A DNA stretch of 64,000 bases from an uncultured virus (IMG/VR IMGVR_UViG_3300008108_000012) (IMGVR_UViG_3300008108_000012), one strand, 5' to 3'; shown: positions 43,295-53,600, counted from the first letter of the stretch. Notes: generated by a model not told the origin, from the letters alone. Made by a program: numbers and translations.

Positions 43295-43597
43295 ATGCGC
43301 TATAGGTCTAAGAAAAAAGAAGCCGAATACAAACTACGCCGTCCTTTGGTTGCTCGATTACTTGAGCAACGACCTTATTGTGAAGCCTGTCCTGTTTTTG
43401 CAGAGCATGATGAACTTGCCATGTACGTGCGCCAAAAAAGCGTAGATATACATGAACTAAAACGCCGTTCTCAGGGTGGCTCGATTCTTGACGAACAAAA
43501 TCTTCTTGCTGTATGCAGAAAATGTCACGACAGAATCGGCAGATACCCTGCGTTGGCATTTGAGTTAGGTCTAGCAAAACACGGTTGGGAAGAATAG
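43295..43597 (+). CDS. HNH endonuclease-like protein
   Basis: CEAC...DIHELKRRSQGGS..NLLAVCRKCHD; start moved to ATG 43295. Confidence 0.85.
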   Translation: MRYRSKKKEAEYKLRRPLVARLLEQRPYCEACPVFAEHDELAMYVRQKSVDIHELKRRSQGGSILDEQNLLAVCRKCHDRIGRYPALAFELGLAKHGWEE

Positions 43598-43739
43598 CAC
43601 TTCACCATTTACGCCACATGCAAAACAGCACTGGTAATCTATAGCCAGCGCGCAATCCTTATCAATGGGCAAGGAAAGCAGGTGGTCGAATCTAGCGGAG
43701 AACAGTCCACTCCGTGGCAGCGAGGTTAACTCCCTCAGT

Positions 43740-43767
43740 ACCCGCCTGTTCGCGACCGGCGGGTTTT
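43740..43767 (+). terminator. Intrinsic terminator-like hairpin
   Basis: ACCCGCC/GGCGGGT stem followed by TTTT, in the HNH-RuvC intergenic region. Confidence 0.55.
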
Positions 43768-43792
43768 CTGCTGTCTAGGCTATTGTTTTCTT

Positions 43793-44323
43793 ATGAACAT
43801 CGCCGGCATTGACCTGTCTCTCACCTCAACCGGGTACTCAATAAACGGAGACACGGGAGTAATTGCAACAAAGCATAGAGGGGCTGAACGACTTAGCTAT
43901 ATATCTACAACACTTCTTGAGCTATGTGAAGAATTCTGCATTGACGTTGCGGTTATTGAAGGTTACTCATTTGCTTCTAGGAATTCACAGGCTCACAGCA
44001 TCGGTGAATTAGGTGGAGCCGTGAGAATGAGGCTATGGGAAAACGGCATACCCTACGTAGACGTCCCTCCTACATGTAGAGCCAAGTTTGCTGCAGGGAA
44101 AGGCAATGCGAGTAAAAACGAAGTTATATCTGCAATATCTGCAAAAACTGGAATTGTATGGTCTGGTGCTGGCTCTGACGATAGGTGTGACGCTTGGATT
44201 TTAGAACAAATGGGTTTGGCCTCAATAGGTCTGTCCACCCACGAATGGCCAGTTGAGAATTTGTCGGCGCTAGAAAAAATTGATTGGTCGCCGATGGATG
44301 GACTTTCTCGTAAAACGCTGTAG
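43793..44323 (+). CDS. RuvC-like Holliday junction resolvase
   Basis: IAGIDLSLTSTG..AVIEGY..GELGG..KFAAGKGNASK..DDRCDA. Confidence 0.9.
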   Translation: MNIAGIDLSLTSTGYSINGDTGVIATKHRGAERLSYISTTLLELCEEFCIDVAVIEGYSFASRNSQAHSIGELGGAVRMRLWENGIPYVDVPPTCRAKFAAGKGNASKNEVISAISAKTGIVWSGAGSDDRCDAWILEQMGLASIGLSTHEWPVENLSALEKIDWSPMDGLSRKTL

Positions 44324-44332
44324 ACTCACCTT

Positions 44333-44674
44333 GTGCGTAACCGACCAATAAGCCAAGTCGACGTAGAAGAAACGCTACTCGAATTAATAGAAGAACTAGA
44401 GACAGAGACAGAAGCCTTCGAGCGTTTAGCCGAGGATTCAGCTAAAAAAGAAGCTATGTACAAAACAAATTGGGCAAAGGAATATTTGTCCGCTAAGGGT
44501 TCCATTAAGGAGCGTGAAGCCTGGTCCGACTACAAAATGGACGAGTTGATGTTTGATTACAAAATTGCTGAATCATTGCTAAAAGCAAAGCGCGAAAAAC
44601 TTTTGTCTCTTCGTACGAGCATCGATGCTCTCCGTACTTTGAATGCCAACATTCGTGCCCAGGTGGGACCATGA
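44333..44674 (+). CDS. Hypothetical coiled-coil protein (113 aa)
   Basis: GTG start 6 nt after TAGACT; ATGA coupling to the next gene. Confidence 0.75.
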   Translation: MRNRPISQVDVEETLLELIEELETETEAFERLAEDSAKKEAMYKTNWAKEYLSAKGSIKEREAWSDYKMDELMFDYKIAESLLKAKREKLLSLRTSIDALRTLNANIRAQVGP

Positions 44675-45210
44675 CAACATCCAAAATTGAGTTGTTGCGT
44701 CCTGCCCCATGGCGCACTACACATGTTCTTCGCCCTGACCTAAAGCTTCTTGCTCAATCAATAGAGCAATATGGAATTATCAGCCCCATAGTCGTTCAGC
44801 GCAGTACTGGATTCATTATTGACGGGTTTCACCGAGTCGTCACCGTGGCTACCAATAAGCGTCTTGCAGCAAAACATTCCAAATCTATGCCGGTGCATTA
44901 TGTTGACTGCGATGAAGTTGAAGCCATGGTCATGCATATCACTTTGAACAGAGCGCGCGGTTCCATAGTCAACCATCATTTGTCAAGAACAATTAAAAAA
45001 ATACACCAATCTGGACGCTACAGCGCAGCCAAGATGGAAGAAGTTTTTGGCATGTCAATGATTGAAGTAGACATGTTGCTTGACGGCTCTCTCATAAAAA
45101 TGAGAAAAGTTTCTGAGCATAAATACTCGAAAGCGTGGGTTCCAATTGAAGCTCCAGCCGGTGCAGTTGATTCGATGCAATTCGAGCGCCCCCCAAACGC
45201 CGACGAATAA
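44671..45210 (+). CDS. ParB/Sulfiredoxin-like (IbrB-like) protein
   Basis: LAQSIEQYGIISPIVV..IIDGFHR..HITLNRARG. Confidence 0.85.
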   Translation: MTTSKIELLRPAPWRTTHVLRPDLKLLAQSIEQYGIISPIVVQRSTGFIIDGFHRVVTVATNKRLAAKHSKSMPVHYVDCDEVEAMVMHITLNRARGSIVNHHLSRTIKKIHQSGRYSAAKMEEVFGMSMIEVDMLLDGSLIKMRKVSEHKYSKAWVPIEAPAGAVDSMQFERPPNADE

Positions 45211-45247
45211 AGTAAAATATTTGCATTGTCTACACTGCGAGGTAGCT

Positions 45248-45472
45248 ATGCCAACTCCAAATAATACCAGCGATACTGAAATCCCATCTCCTACACGGAG
45301 AATAGCCAGACCTGGCTCAACGCTGCCTTCATGGTGGAAGAGGGCTACGTCCTACGCTCTACGACGCTTAAGCGACACCGTAGGCGGCGGCGGCAGAGGA
45401 AGGACTCGTGCTGGGGAGGGTAGAGGCTTGTTGCGTGAACGACGCAACGTGCGTCTTGGTCGGGCGGTATAA
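45248..45472 (+). CDS. Small Arg-rich protein (~74 aa)
   Basis: GAGG RBS before ATG 45248 and TACACT upstream; ends 2 nt before the adaptor gene. Confidence 0.55.
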   Translation: MPTPNNTSDTEIPSPTRRIARPGSTLPSWWKRATSYALRRLSDTVGGGGRGRTRAGEGRGLLRERRNVRLGRAV

Positions 45473-45474
45473 CC

Positions 45475-46335
45475 GTGCTGGTATCCGTTAGCGAGCTGAC
45501 GACCTATATGGACATCAGCTTTAGTCTTAGACAGCAAGATGCTGCTGACATGGTTCTGTCCGGTCTTCAAAGTGAACTTGAAGGCTTTTTACGTCGCCCC
45601 ATAGAAGTTGACGAGTTTGTTGAAACTCACGTAATTCCCCCTCACTTTCAGGGTGTACCCGCTACATCATTTTTTTATGACCATAGCCTTGACACCACGG
45701 GAACAACAATTAACTACATACAGCCGTCCGTAATGATTAGCTTACGCAATACTCCCGTTGTGTCTGTGTCCAAGGTAATGATAAAGAACCTTTCGGAATC
45801 CGGAGTTCTTCTCGGCGAAGCAATGCGCAGACAGGTATCTGTAAGTAACGCAACTTTCTCTGGTTCGTCCGTTACGTATAGTTCTACATCCGCACATAAG
45901 TTCACTGTCGGCCAATTCGTCGCAATAAACGGCATGGCCCCCAGTGCTCTTAATGTCCCAGGAAGGCAAATAACAGCAGTCACGAACACTACTTTTACCG
46001 TAGGTGGTTTTAGCACAAATCCTGGAGCGTTTGTTACGGGTGGAACCGCTGTGGCCACCGGGAATGACTATACGGTCCACAGATACGGCCTGGAGATGTA
46101 CAGGGGTTTCCCTAACGACTTGGTAGAGGTTACGTACTCTGGCGGGTTGGATGGAGAAAACATTTCTATGTTTAAGTTGTTTATTCTTCGTGCAGCAACA
46201 CGCGAAATGCAAAACATGCATGATGACGTTGTTGGCGTTAAGGACCTTAACCCTAGAAATGTTGCCCCACTCGAGACAGGGTTTACCGAAAAAGAACTTC
46301 TAGCCCTAAGACGATATAGACGCCGGAGAATTTAA
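45475..46335 (+). CDS. Head-to-tail adaptor/connector with an inserted beta-rich domain
   Basis: MLVSVSELTTYM..ELEGFLRRPI..LRNTPVVSVSKV..VEVTYSGG..ELLALRRYRR; first gene of the neck/tail block. Confidence 0.75.
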   Translation: MLVSVSELTTYMDISFSLRQQDAADMVLSGLQSELEGFLRRPIEVDEFVETHVIPPHFQGVPATSFFYDHSLDTTGTTINYIQPSVMISLRNTPVVSVSKVMIKNLSESGVLLGEAMRRQVSVSNATFSGSSVTYSSTSAHKFTVGQFVAINGMAPSALNVPGRQITAVTNTTFTVGGFSTNPGAFVTGGTAVATGNDYTVHRYGLEMYRGFPNDLVEVTYSGGLDGENISMFKLFILRAATREMQNMHDDVVGVKDLNPRNVAPLETGFTEKELLALRRYRRRRI

Positions 46336-46796
46336 TGGCGTCTGTTGATGTGCGTATAGAGGGCGTAGAAAAAGCTCAAGCCAGCTTGACTGCCGCTTTT
46401 GTAAGAAGCCAAAATTTTCTCCCGCTTTTTACCAAGGCCAAAGCAGAGATAAGTGCCATGAATACGGCGAACTTTGCGCTCGGTGGCCTCCCATCTGGTG
46501 GCTGGTCGCCTCTGGACCCGGAATATGGAGCCTGGAAATCTTCAAGATTCCCCGGCGCTCCTCCGATGGTTAGAACCGGCAAACTTCTTGCAAGTCTTTC
46601 TGGAATTGGGCCAGATGCAACTTTTTCGGTAACACCCAAGTCAATGACACTCGGTACAAAAGTTGAATACGCTAAATTTCACCAGTACGGAACAACGAAA
46701 ATGCCAAAGCGCAAAATCATTTTTGAACCTGCTGGTTTTGCAGAAAAATATGCAAATGATGCTGCCGATTGGGTTGTGGATGGACAGGTGACCTAA
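46335..46796 (+). CDS. Phage virion morphogenesis / tail completion protein (Mu gpG-like)
   Basis: WSPL..MVRTGKLLASL..GTKVEYAKFHQYGTTKMPKR. Confidence 0.85.
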   Translation: MASVDVRIEGVEKAQASLTAAFVRSQNFLPLFTKAKAEISAMNTANFALGGLPSGGWSPLDPEYGAWKSSRFPGAPPMVRTGKLLASLSGIGPDATFSVTPKSMTLGTKVEYAKFHQYGTTKMPKRKIIFEPAGFAEKYANDAADWVVDGQVT

Positions 46797-47416
46797 TGCC
46801 AAAAGAGTTAATGCAGGGGCCTCATTCGGCCAAATATTACGTTACTGAGTATCTTAAAAACGATATTCCAACAAGGTTGGTGAAGTATCGTAATGGATGG
46901 TCCGTTGACGACCTTACGCTTCCTACCCCGGCTGAATATCTGACGTATGAGCCAATAGCTCTCGATGCATGGCCATCAATAATTACCGTTGTAATCAACG
47001 CCAAATCTTTTACCAGGCTGGAGTATGACGGCACAACGCTAGACCCTCTTTACCGCGTTGCTTATGGGATGAGAACATACGTTTGGGTGAGGACTGAGGG
47101 CCCATATGAATCGACGCTAATGCGAGACAGGCTCACAACGGTAGTTAGGTCGGCCTTGCTTGATTACCCATGCCTTACAAGGCTCGATACGTCTCGCTCG
47201 GCCAGGGTTGAGGAAACTACAATGTCAGAAGAATATTCGGACCTTACGATGCTTAAGGGCGACCGCATTCTTGCCGGAGCTTTTGTCAGTTATGACCTAT
47301 TATTGGATGAGGTCATAACGAGAGAAGACGTTGGGACTGTTACCGAGTATGACCTTAGTGTTAAGGGCACCGGCGACACTTCCAACATTAACCTCGAAAG
47401 TCTTTTTCAGGAGTAA
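46796..47416 (+). CDS. Putative tail terminator / neck protein
   Basis: Position between the morphogenesis gene and the sheath; TAATG coupling, start moved to 46796. Confidence 0.6.
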   Translation: MPKELMQGPHSAKYYVTEYLKNDIPTRLVKYRNGWSVDDLTLPTPAEYLTYEPIALDAWPSIITVVINAKSFTRLEYDGTTLDPLYRVAYGMRTYVWVRTEGPYESTLMRDRLTTVVRSALLDYPCLTRLDTSRSARVEETTMSEEYSDLTMLKGDRILAGAFVSYDLLLDEVITREDVGTVTEYDLSVKGTGDTSNINLESLFQE

Positions 47417-47419
47417 AAC

Positions 47420-47905
47420 ATGACACAGAATATAGATTTTTTTCATCATCTTGACAAGCCGGTAAAAGAACTGCCTGTTGAGTTTTCCGGCTGTATCCAG
47501 GTGCAAAATGTTTCCGGCAGAACACTTGAGGTTGCCGATGATTTGTTTGTTACCCCGTTGTCAACATTTGTAGTGCACGAACGAAACACCAAAACACTAC
47601 AACTAATAGATAGAAAAATGTTGAAAGTTAGGCCATTTACGGTATCTACATCTGCAGAACCGCTAGAAGCCAAAGAAATTTCAAAAAAAAAGCGAGCCAA
47701 AAAAGGCCAGTCAACTTCATCCCCCCAGGAACTAGAAGGTGCTGTGGCTGACTTAGCGGCCGTCATTACTGGTGAAGTTGTTGCTGACGCTGCAGAGCCA
47801 GAAAACGTGGAACAATTAATGCATACAGATTCTGCTGAGCAGGATGAGAAAATTGGTGAATCTTCTGAAGAAGGTTCGCCAGAAACAGATAATCAGTCAG
47901 TATAA
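47420..47905 (+). CDS. Hypothetical protein (161 aa) with acidic tail
   Basis: AGGAG RBS; sits just before the sheath gene. Confidence 0.7.
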   Translation: MTQNIDFFHHLDKPVKELPVEFSGCIQVQNVSGRTLEVADDLFVTPLSTFVVHERNTKTLQLIDRKMLKVRPFTVSTSAEPLEAKEISKKKRAKKGQSTSSPQELEGAVADLAAVITGEVVADAAEPENVEQLMHTDSAEQDEKIGESSEEGSPETDNQSV

Positions 47906-47959
47906 TCTGAGTAGTCTCGGAATAAATAGCCCATAAAATTATATGGTACGGAGGAACAA

Positions 47960-49417
47960 ATGCCAGGTGTAATTGTAACAACGGCGGTCAGAACAGGACC
48001 AACAACTGCACAGACCGCAGCGACTGCGACCTTGTTTGTCGCCGGTTTGACCGAGCGCGGACCAGATGGCACGGTGCATCTGATTACCAGCCTTTCCGAT
48101 TATCAGGACGTTTTTGGTAACTCCGTTGCGGCAGGGTGGACGTACGAGACAATCGAAACCTTCTTTGAAGAGGGTGGCGCTCGTGCTTATGTGTCGCGCG
48201 TGGTTTCTTCAACAGCTACAGAGGCAACGCTTGAGTTGCAAAACGCAGATGACGACGTTGTCATGACGCTGACCGCTGCAGGCAAGGGTACTTGGGCACA
48301 CAGTGGTGTTCTTAGTGCCGCAGTTTCCCAGCCTTCAGCTGGCACAAACTTCCGAGTGTCTGTTTATCTCAATGGGGCACTTGCGTATAGAACCCAAATT
48401 CACACAACCGTTGCTGCTGCTGTAAACGAAATTAACAACAGTGCTATTGCTGCACTGTACGTAACAGCCACAGACGAGGGCGAGACAGGAATTCCTGCCG
48501 TAATCCCAGACACCGACTTTACTGGCGGAACAGCTGGTGGTTCAATTGCTGCTGCTGACGTTGTCGATGCAGTTGACCTCTTCACTGAGAATCTAGGACC
48601 TGGTTCCGTTTGTGCTCCTGGGTACACTTCGCAAACAGTTCGCGAAGCATTGATAGCTCATGCTGCCGGAAACAGGAGAATCGCCCTTCTCGGATTTGAC
48701 AAGGACGACTCAGTCAATGACGCGATTGGCGCACTCGAAGACTATTCCGACATCGAAAACGCAGAGTTTGCAGCATTCTTCTACCCATGGGTGAAGATAC
48801 CAAGCGGCACTCTCACCAAGACAATCCCTTGCGAGGGATATGTTGCGGCGAAGAGAGCATTGGTGCATAACACTTATGGTTCATGGAACCCATATGCTGG
48901 CGAGCGCACACAGTCAAACTTCGTTACTTCCCCTCATATCGTGTTGTCAAACTCGGAAGCAGAAGCTCTCGACGCAGGGTTTGTTAACGCAATCAAGGTA
49001 ATCAACGGTACGACACGAATCTACGGTGCTCGTTCGGCTTCGAACGACACAGACAACTTCAGATTCATTATCGCTCGTGAGGTTCTTAACCAGGTGGTCT
49101 ACGAAGCAGAAATCGCTCTAGAGGCTCTACTGTTTTTGCCAATCGACGGACGTCGTTCCACTTTCTCCAGAGTCGCAGCAACGCTTACTGGAATTATGGA
49201 AAGAATTCGTATTGGCGGTGGCTTTTATGAAGCATTTGACGCCAACGGCAAGCAGATTGACCCTGGTTACACAGTCCAGGTCAACGATGCGATTAACCCG
49301 CTTACACAGTTGGCTACAGGAGTTATCAAGGCAAAAGTTGGCGCTCGCGTCAGTTCTGTGGGTGACCGCATAGAAGTCGAAATAACAAAGTCCAATTTAA
49401 CTTCAACATTGGTATAA
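47960..49417 (+). CDS. Contractile tail sheath protein
   Basis: MPGVIV..FVAGLTERGP..FFEEGGARAYVSRV..FFYPWV..VNAIKVING..IYGARS; GGAGG RBS. Confidence 0.93.
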   Translation: MPGVIVTTAVRTGPTTAQTAATATLFVAGLTERGPDGTVHLITSLSDYQDVFGNSVAAGWTYETIETFFEEGGARAYVSRVVSSTATEATLELQNADDDVVMTLTAAGKGTWAHSGVLSAAVSQPSAGTNFRVSVYLNGALAYRTQIHTTVAAAVNEINNSAIAALYVTATDEGETGIPAVIPDTDFTGGTAGGSIAAADVVDAVDLFTENLGPGSVCAPGYTSQTVREALIAHAAGNRRIALLGFDKDDSVNDAIGALEDYSDIENAEFAAFFYPWVKIPSGTLTKTIPCEGYVAAKRALVHNTYGSWNPYAGERTQSNFVTSPHIVLSNSEAEALDAGFVNAIKVINGTTRIYGARSASNDTDNFRFIIAREVLNQVVYEAEIALEALLFLPIDGRRSTFSRVAATLTGIMERIRIGGGFYEAFDANGKQIDPGYTVQVNDAINPLTQLATGVIKAKVGARVSSVGDRIEVEITKSNLTSTLV

Positions 49418-49431
49418 CGGAGGAATAGCAA

Positions 49432-49878
49432 ATGACAACTTCAAAGTTGGCTCAGAGGCAAATTATTGCAGAAATCACACCACTCACTGGTGGTGATGTT
49501 ACAGGGCCTACCCTGAGTGGATATTTTGCACAAGTTTCTGGTGGCGAGATTACAGCGTCAGTGGAAAAAATATACACAGGCGGAAATCCTTTCCCGGAGA
49601 CGCTCTGCGCACCATCCGAGGTGGGTGACATCACACTGACAAAGCACTACGATTCTAGCCTCAGAACCGTATTGAAGGATGCGCGTACCAAAGTTGGCCG
49701 CGCATACTACGAAATCAAGATTTACGACACCGACTGTGACCTCAAAAACTCTCAGTCAGAGCGCATTTACGCCAAGGCGCTCCTTGTCGGACTTTCCGAA
49801 CCAGAGGGTGACGCATCATCTGGTGCGCCAGCAACATTCGCTCTTACATTCGCTATCTCGGGCGCTCCGACACAATAA
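49432..49878 (+). CDS. Tail tube protein
   Basis: Follows the sheath; FAQVSGGEI..DITLTK pattern; GGAGG RBS. Confidence 0.85.
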   Translation: MTTSKLAQRQIIAEITPLTGGDVTGPTLSGYFAQVSGGEITASVEKIYTGGNPFPETLCAPSEVGDITLTKHYDSSLRTVLKDARTKVGRAYYEIKIYDTDCDLKNSQSERIYAKALLVGLSEPEGDASSGAPATFALTFAISGAPTQ

Positions 49879-49925
49879 CTATTAACATCCACTAGCGCCA
49901 CAGATATGGTGCTAGTGTGACGTGC

Positions 49926-50438
49926 ATGAGCAATCTATACGAACCACTCGATGAAAACATTAGCGCCCCTTCGTTCGCTGATGAAGTAGACACAGACAAT
50001 GTTCTTGAGCAACTCAAGGCTGTCGTGAGCAAGAAAGTCATGCGCCCTGAGATATTTATTAATGTCCCAGAACGCCCGGGCGTTCAACTTGTGATTAGCC
50101 CAAACATCACGCAGCAGCAGCTAAAAGCATGGCAAAAAAACTCCGGCTCGGAAACCAAAAACGGTATTGACGCCACAAAGTTTGCTTGTCAAGTTATTGG
50201 CCACACGACTCGCGGCATTTACCTCAATGGTGAAGAAGTGTTTGAGGATGGAAAGTCGCTCGGATTTGCCTCTCCTTCAATCCTCAAGATGACAGGCGCT
50301 GCACGAGCACTCCCTGACGCAGTGATGGCGTTTTTTGGTCTTGACCCGCACGTTGAAGCTGCCGCCTTGGCAATTATTGATGCCGCAGGATACGGCGACA
50401 CGGTAGAACAAACCGAAAACCCTACGAAACACTCCTAG
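49926..50438 (+). CDS. Tail assembly chaperone
   Basis: Between tube and tape measure; ends in ENPT over a slippery heptamer. Confidence 0.8.
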   Translation: MSNLYEPLDENISAPSFADEVDTDNVLEQLKAVVSKKVMRPEIFINVPERPGVQLVISPNITQQQLKAWQKNSGSETKNGIDATKFACQVIGHTTRGIYLNGEEVFEDGKSLGFASPSILKMTGAARALPDAVMAFFGLDPHVEAAALAIIDAAGYGDTVEQTENPTKHS

Positions 50439-50614
50439 ATGAATTGACGGAGGACGGCCGAATAGCGACGGCCGCTCGTCTAGGGGAACTGTTCGGCACA
50501 GACCCAATACAGTTGCTCAATTGCAGCGAACAGGAATGGATAATACGCGTCTCATGTGCTAAAGTTATTGAGGCGGACCGCGCCGCTGCCGAGCGTAAAG
50601 CTCAAGGATATTGA
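50417..50614 (+). CDS. -1 frameshift extension of the tail assembly chaperone (gpGT-like)
   Basis: A AAC CCT heptamer at 50417-50423; the -1 frame reads PYETLLDELTEDGRIATAARLGELFGTDPIQLLNCSEQEWIIRVSCAKVIEADRAAAERKAQGY* to TGA 50612-50614, filling the gap before the tape measure. Confidence 0.75.
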   Translation, partial: KPYETLLDELTEDGRIATAARLGELFGTDPIQLLNCSEQEWIIRVSCAKVIEADRAAAERKAQGY

Positions 50615-50631
50615 GCATATTTGGGGTATAA

Positions 50632-53600
50632 GTGGCTGCTGACAGTCGTATAAATATTGTTCTCGACGTCGACACGAAGAACACGGAGCAGATTGAGGCA
50701 ACAGCAGCTCGCCTCACCGCTCTTGGCCGTGCCCAAAGAACCCTTGCTAACGACACCCAGCGTTTAAACGCAAGAATGGGTGACCTCAACGCTCGCATGG
50801 GAGCCATGACTGGGACTATGGCTCGCCTGAATGGAGCAAACCTAACTTTTATCAAACACGCTAGAAAAATAATGTATCTAGTTGTTGGTTTGGGTATTGA
50901 GTTTCTTGCTGTAACAGCAGCCTTAGTCAGCGTGAACGCAGCATTTGCTATAGGCAACGCCGCTATGAAAGTCTACAACTGGGGCATGCAGGGTCTTGCT
51001 GGGGCCGTGGCGGCGGCGGGCGCTGCAGCAATAACAGCAGCGGCAGCGTTCCAAGAGTTCAACGCTGCGGCATATTCTTTTAGGTACAAAGAATCAGCAG
51101 CTCTTGGGAGTGCATTATCTCAATCGGCTGATGCGCTGCGGATGCTTCAAGTGAATTCAACCCTTGCGTCCTACGGCATGACGACACTGAACCAAGCCTA
51201 CGCAGCTTTTAGTAAAAACGCCAAACTTGACCCTCAGGCAGTTAAGCAGCTCCAGATGATGGCTGACTTTGGAACAGGACTCAATAGAGATAAGAGCATG
51301 GCTGCTGCCGCTGAATATATTTCTCTACTCAAAAAGAACAAAGGTTTTAGCGATGAGACTACTCAGTTAGCAAAACAAATAGGTCCTGAATTTGAAAAAG
51401 CAGCTAAAAAATATGGAAGCGCTTCTAGTCTCCTAAAAGCTTTAGAGTCAGGGAAGTTGGCTAAAGATGCTGGCGTTGAAGGTTTTGGCAAAACGATAAA
51501 CCAAACCCTTATTGCACAGCTGAAGTCCTATCTAACCAGAGCGTTTGTTGAGCTTGCTGATGCGGGTAGGTATCTGCTTGAGCCAGTAAAAAAGACTTTT
51601 AATAGTATTTTTCAAGGCCTTACCCGTTCTTTTAGAATGGTCCGCGGAGACATAATCAACTTTGGTCGCGGTGGACTACTTGGTTCTTTGGAAAAACTTT
51701 CGGAGAAAACTGAAGAATTTGCCATAAAACTATTTAGGGAATTCCTTCCAGCAGCAGCTGGATGGTGGAAACGCACTGGTGACTTTTTCGAAGCATTCGT
51801 AAATGATTTTAAAGATGCTAGAGACATGTTGGAATCAATGCGCGACGGAGGCTCTGTTGTAATCAAAATGTTTGGCGAGCCACTTGTTCAAGTATTTAGG
51901 AGAATTGGCCAAAACGCCCAAGCTTTTGCTGACTTAGCAAAAAACAACAAAGAAGACTTTTTGGCATTTGGCGATGCCCTTAAGAATGTCGTTGACGGTT
52001 TCTTCGACATCGGCAACGCTGTGAGAAGGGCTTTTACGACTGCCCTTCCAGTCATTACGCAGGTTGTTGATGCTATTGCTATTCTATTCAGGCAAATAGC
52101 GGGGGTTATTGGTCTCATGGCCCAACTCGGCCCAATTGGTGGAACCATGGCCGTTGCCGCAATGACTCGCTATGCGCTTAAAGGTCGTCGCTCAGAAAGG
52201 TATGAGCGCCGTAACGCTGCTGCAATGGCGGCTGGTATGAGCACCGCGATATCCAACAGTCCGAACTTTTCAGCAGCATCTCCATACAAGCTTGCCGGTG
52301 CAATGGGCAATAGCGGCATGGGTGGTGCTGCTGGGATGGCGGGAGTAAACGCAGCTCAAGCAACAGTTAATGCCGGAACAGTCGTTGTAAACGGAAAGTT
52401 CCCCGGAGGAGGTGGCGGTGGCGGCGGCCGAGGCAGTAGGGGTGGAAGAAGTACTGGTGATAGGAGTTATGGTAGTAGTTCATTTGTTTCTACTGCTGGT
52501 GTAGCTGCAGGAAATCAATTCGGCGTCTCCACCGCTGGTGGAACAGTCCAGATGTTGCCAGTAGGGCCAAATGGTCAACTTGTACCTACGTTTGTTGCTA
52601 ACTCCATGCCTGCGCAGCGCAGGCTTTCCCCCGTCAGCCCGGGAGCCAAGGGTTACGTAACCCCATATGGCGGGCTTGAGGCAAGCGGTCCCCTTCAAAG
52701 AGACGCAAACGGAAATCTGGTAGTTACCAACGGCAGGGTTGGGGCAGGAACTAGAAGTACAGATGTGGGTCAGGCTCGCGGTGGAGCTAGAGCCGGACTG
52801 GGAATTGAGTACGGTAGAGGCGGTAATGCCAAAGTAGTAACTGCCGCACGCGCCGAAAGTGTTGAGAGAGGAAGAGCGCTAGCCGCACGGATAGGCGACT
52901 TTAATGCCCACCTTCAAAGGTTTGGAACACCTCACCCTGAAGACCCGAGAAGACCAGACCAAATAAATAAAGTCATGTCTCGTATGCATGGTCCATTCCT
53001 TGGTCAAGCGGGCGTTTCGCCTGGACAACCGATGGGAGGCACGAGTTTAGGCCAAACAATGAGGTCTAACTACTCGGCAAGATTTAAGGCTAGAGCCTTA
53101 TTCGACGCTGCAAAAAATGCTTCTGGAAAAGTCATGGGAAGAATTGGACCCTTCCTTCCCGGCATAAACCCTGGAGCAGCATATGGATATGGTGTTCAAC
53201 ATGGTCCCCCGACACCGCCGGGGATATCTGGAGCAGTAGGTCCAGGAGGTGCTAGTGGAGCGCCGATGACTCGCATGAGGGCAATGGGTACAAACGCAAT
53301 GAACTTTATGTTCGGCCCCTCGCCTGCTGGTCAGCAAATGATTGGCAAGACACCAAAAACACGTTTGGGTGGATTTTTGACTGGCGCTGCAATGCGTACT
53401 AACGCTTTTCAAGTGCAAAATGCTAACGCTCAACTTAGGCAAATAGCTTCAAACTTAGGTCCTGGCGCAACACCCGGTGCCATCATGCAGGAAGCAATGA
53501 ACCAGGGGATGGACCCAGACATGGCTCAGCGCGCTTTTAACAAGGGTAAGCCAATGGGCAAAGGCAAAGCTTTCATGAATGCCGCAAAAATGAAAACTTC

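Noticed and set aside
43650..43740. SAM-I riboswitch (CTTATCAA) or tRNA (GGTCGAATC resembles a T-loop)
   Set aside because: The remaining SAM-I consensus is absent and no cloverleaf could be built; kept only as an unassigned structured element.
49890..49917. Hairpin CACTAGCGCCA/TGGTGCTAGTG after the tube gene as a classic intrinsic terminator
   Set aside because: No U-tract follows and its 3' arm overlaps a -10-like box; its role is unclear, so it was not called.
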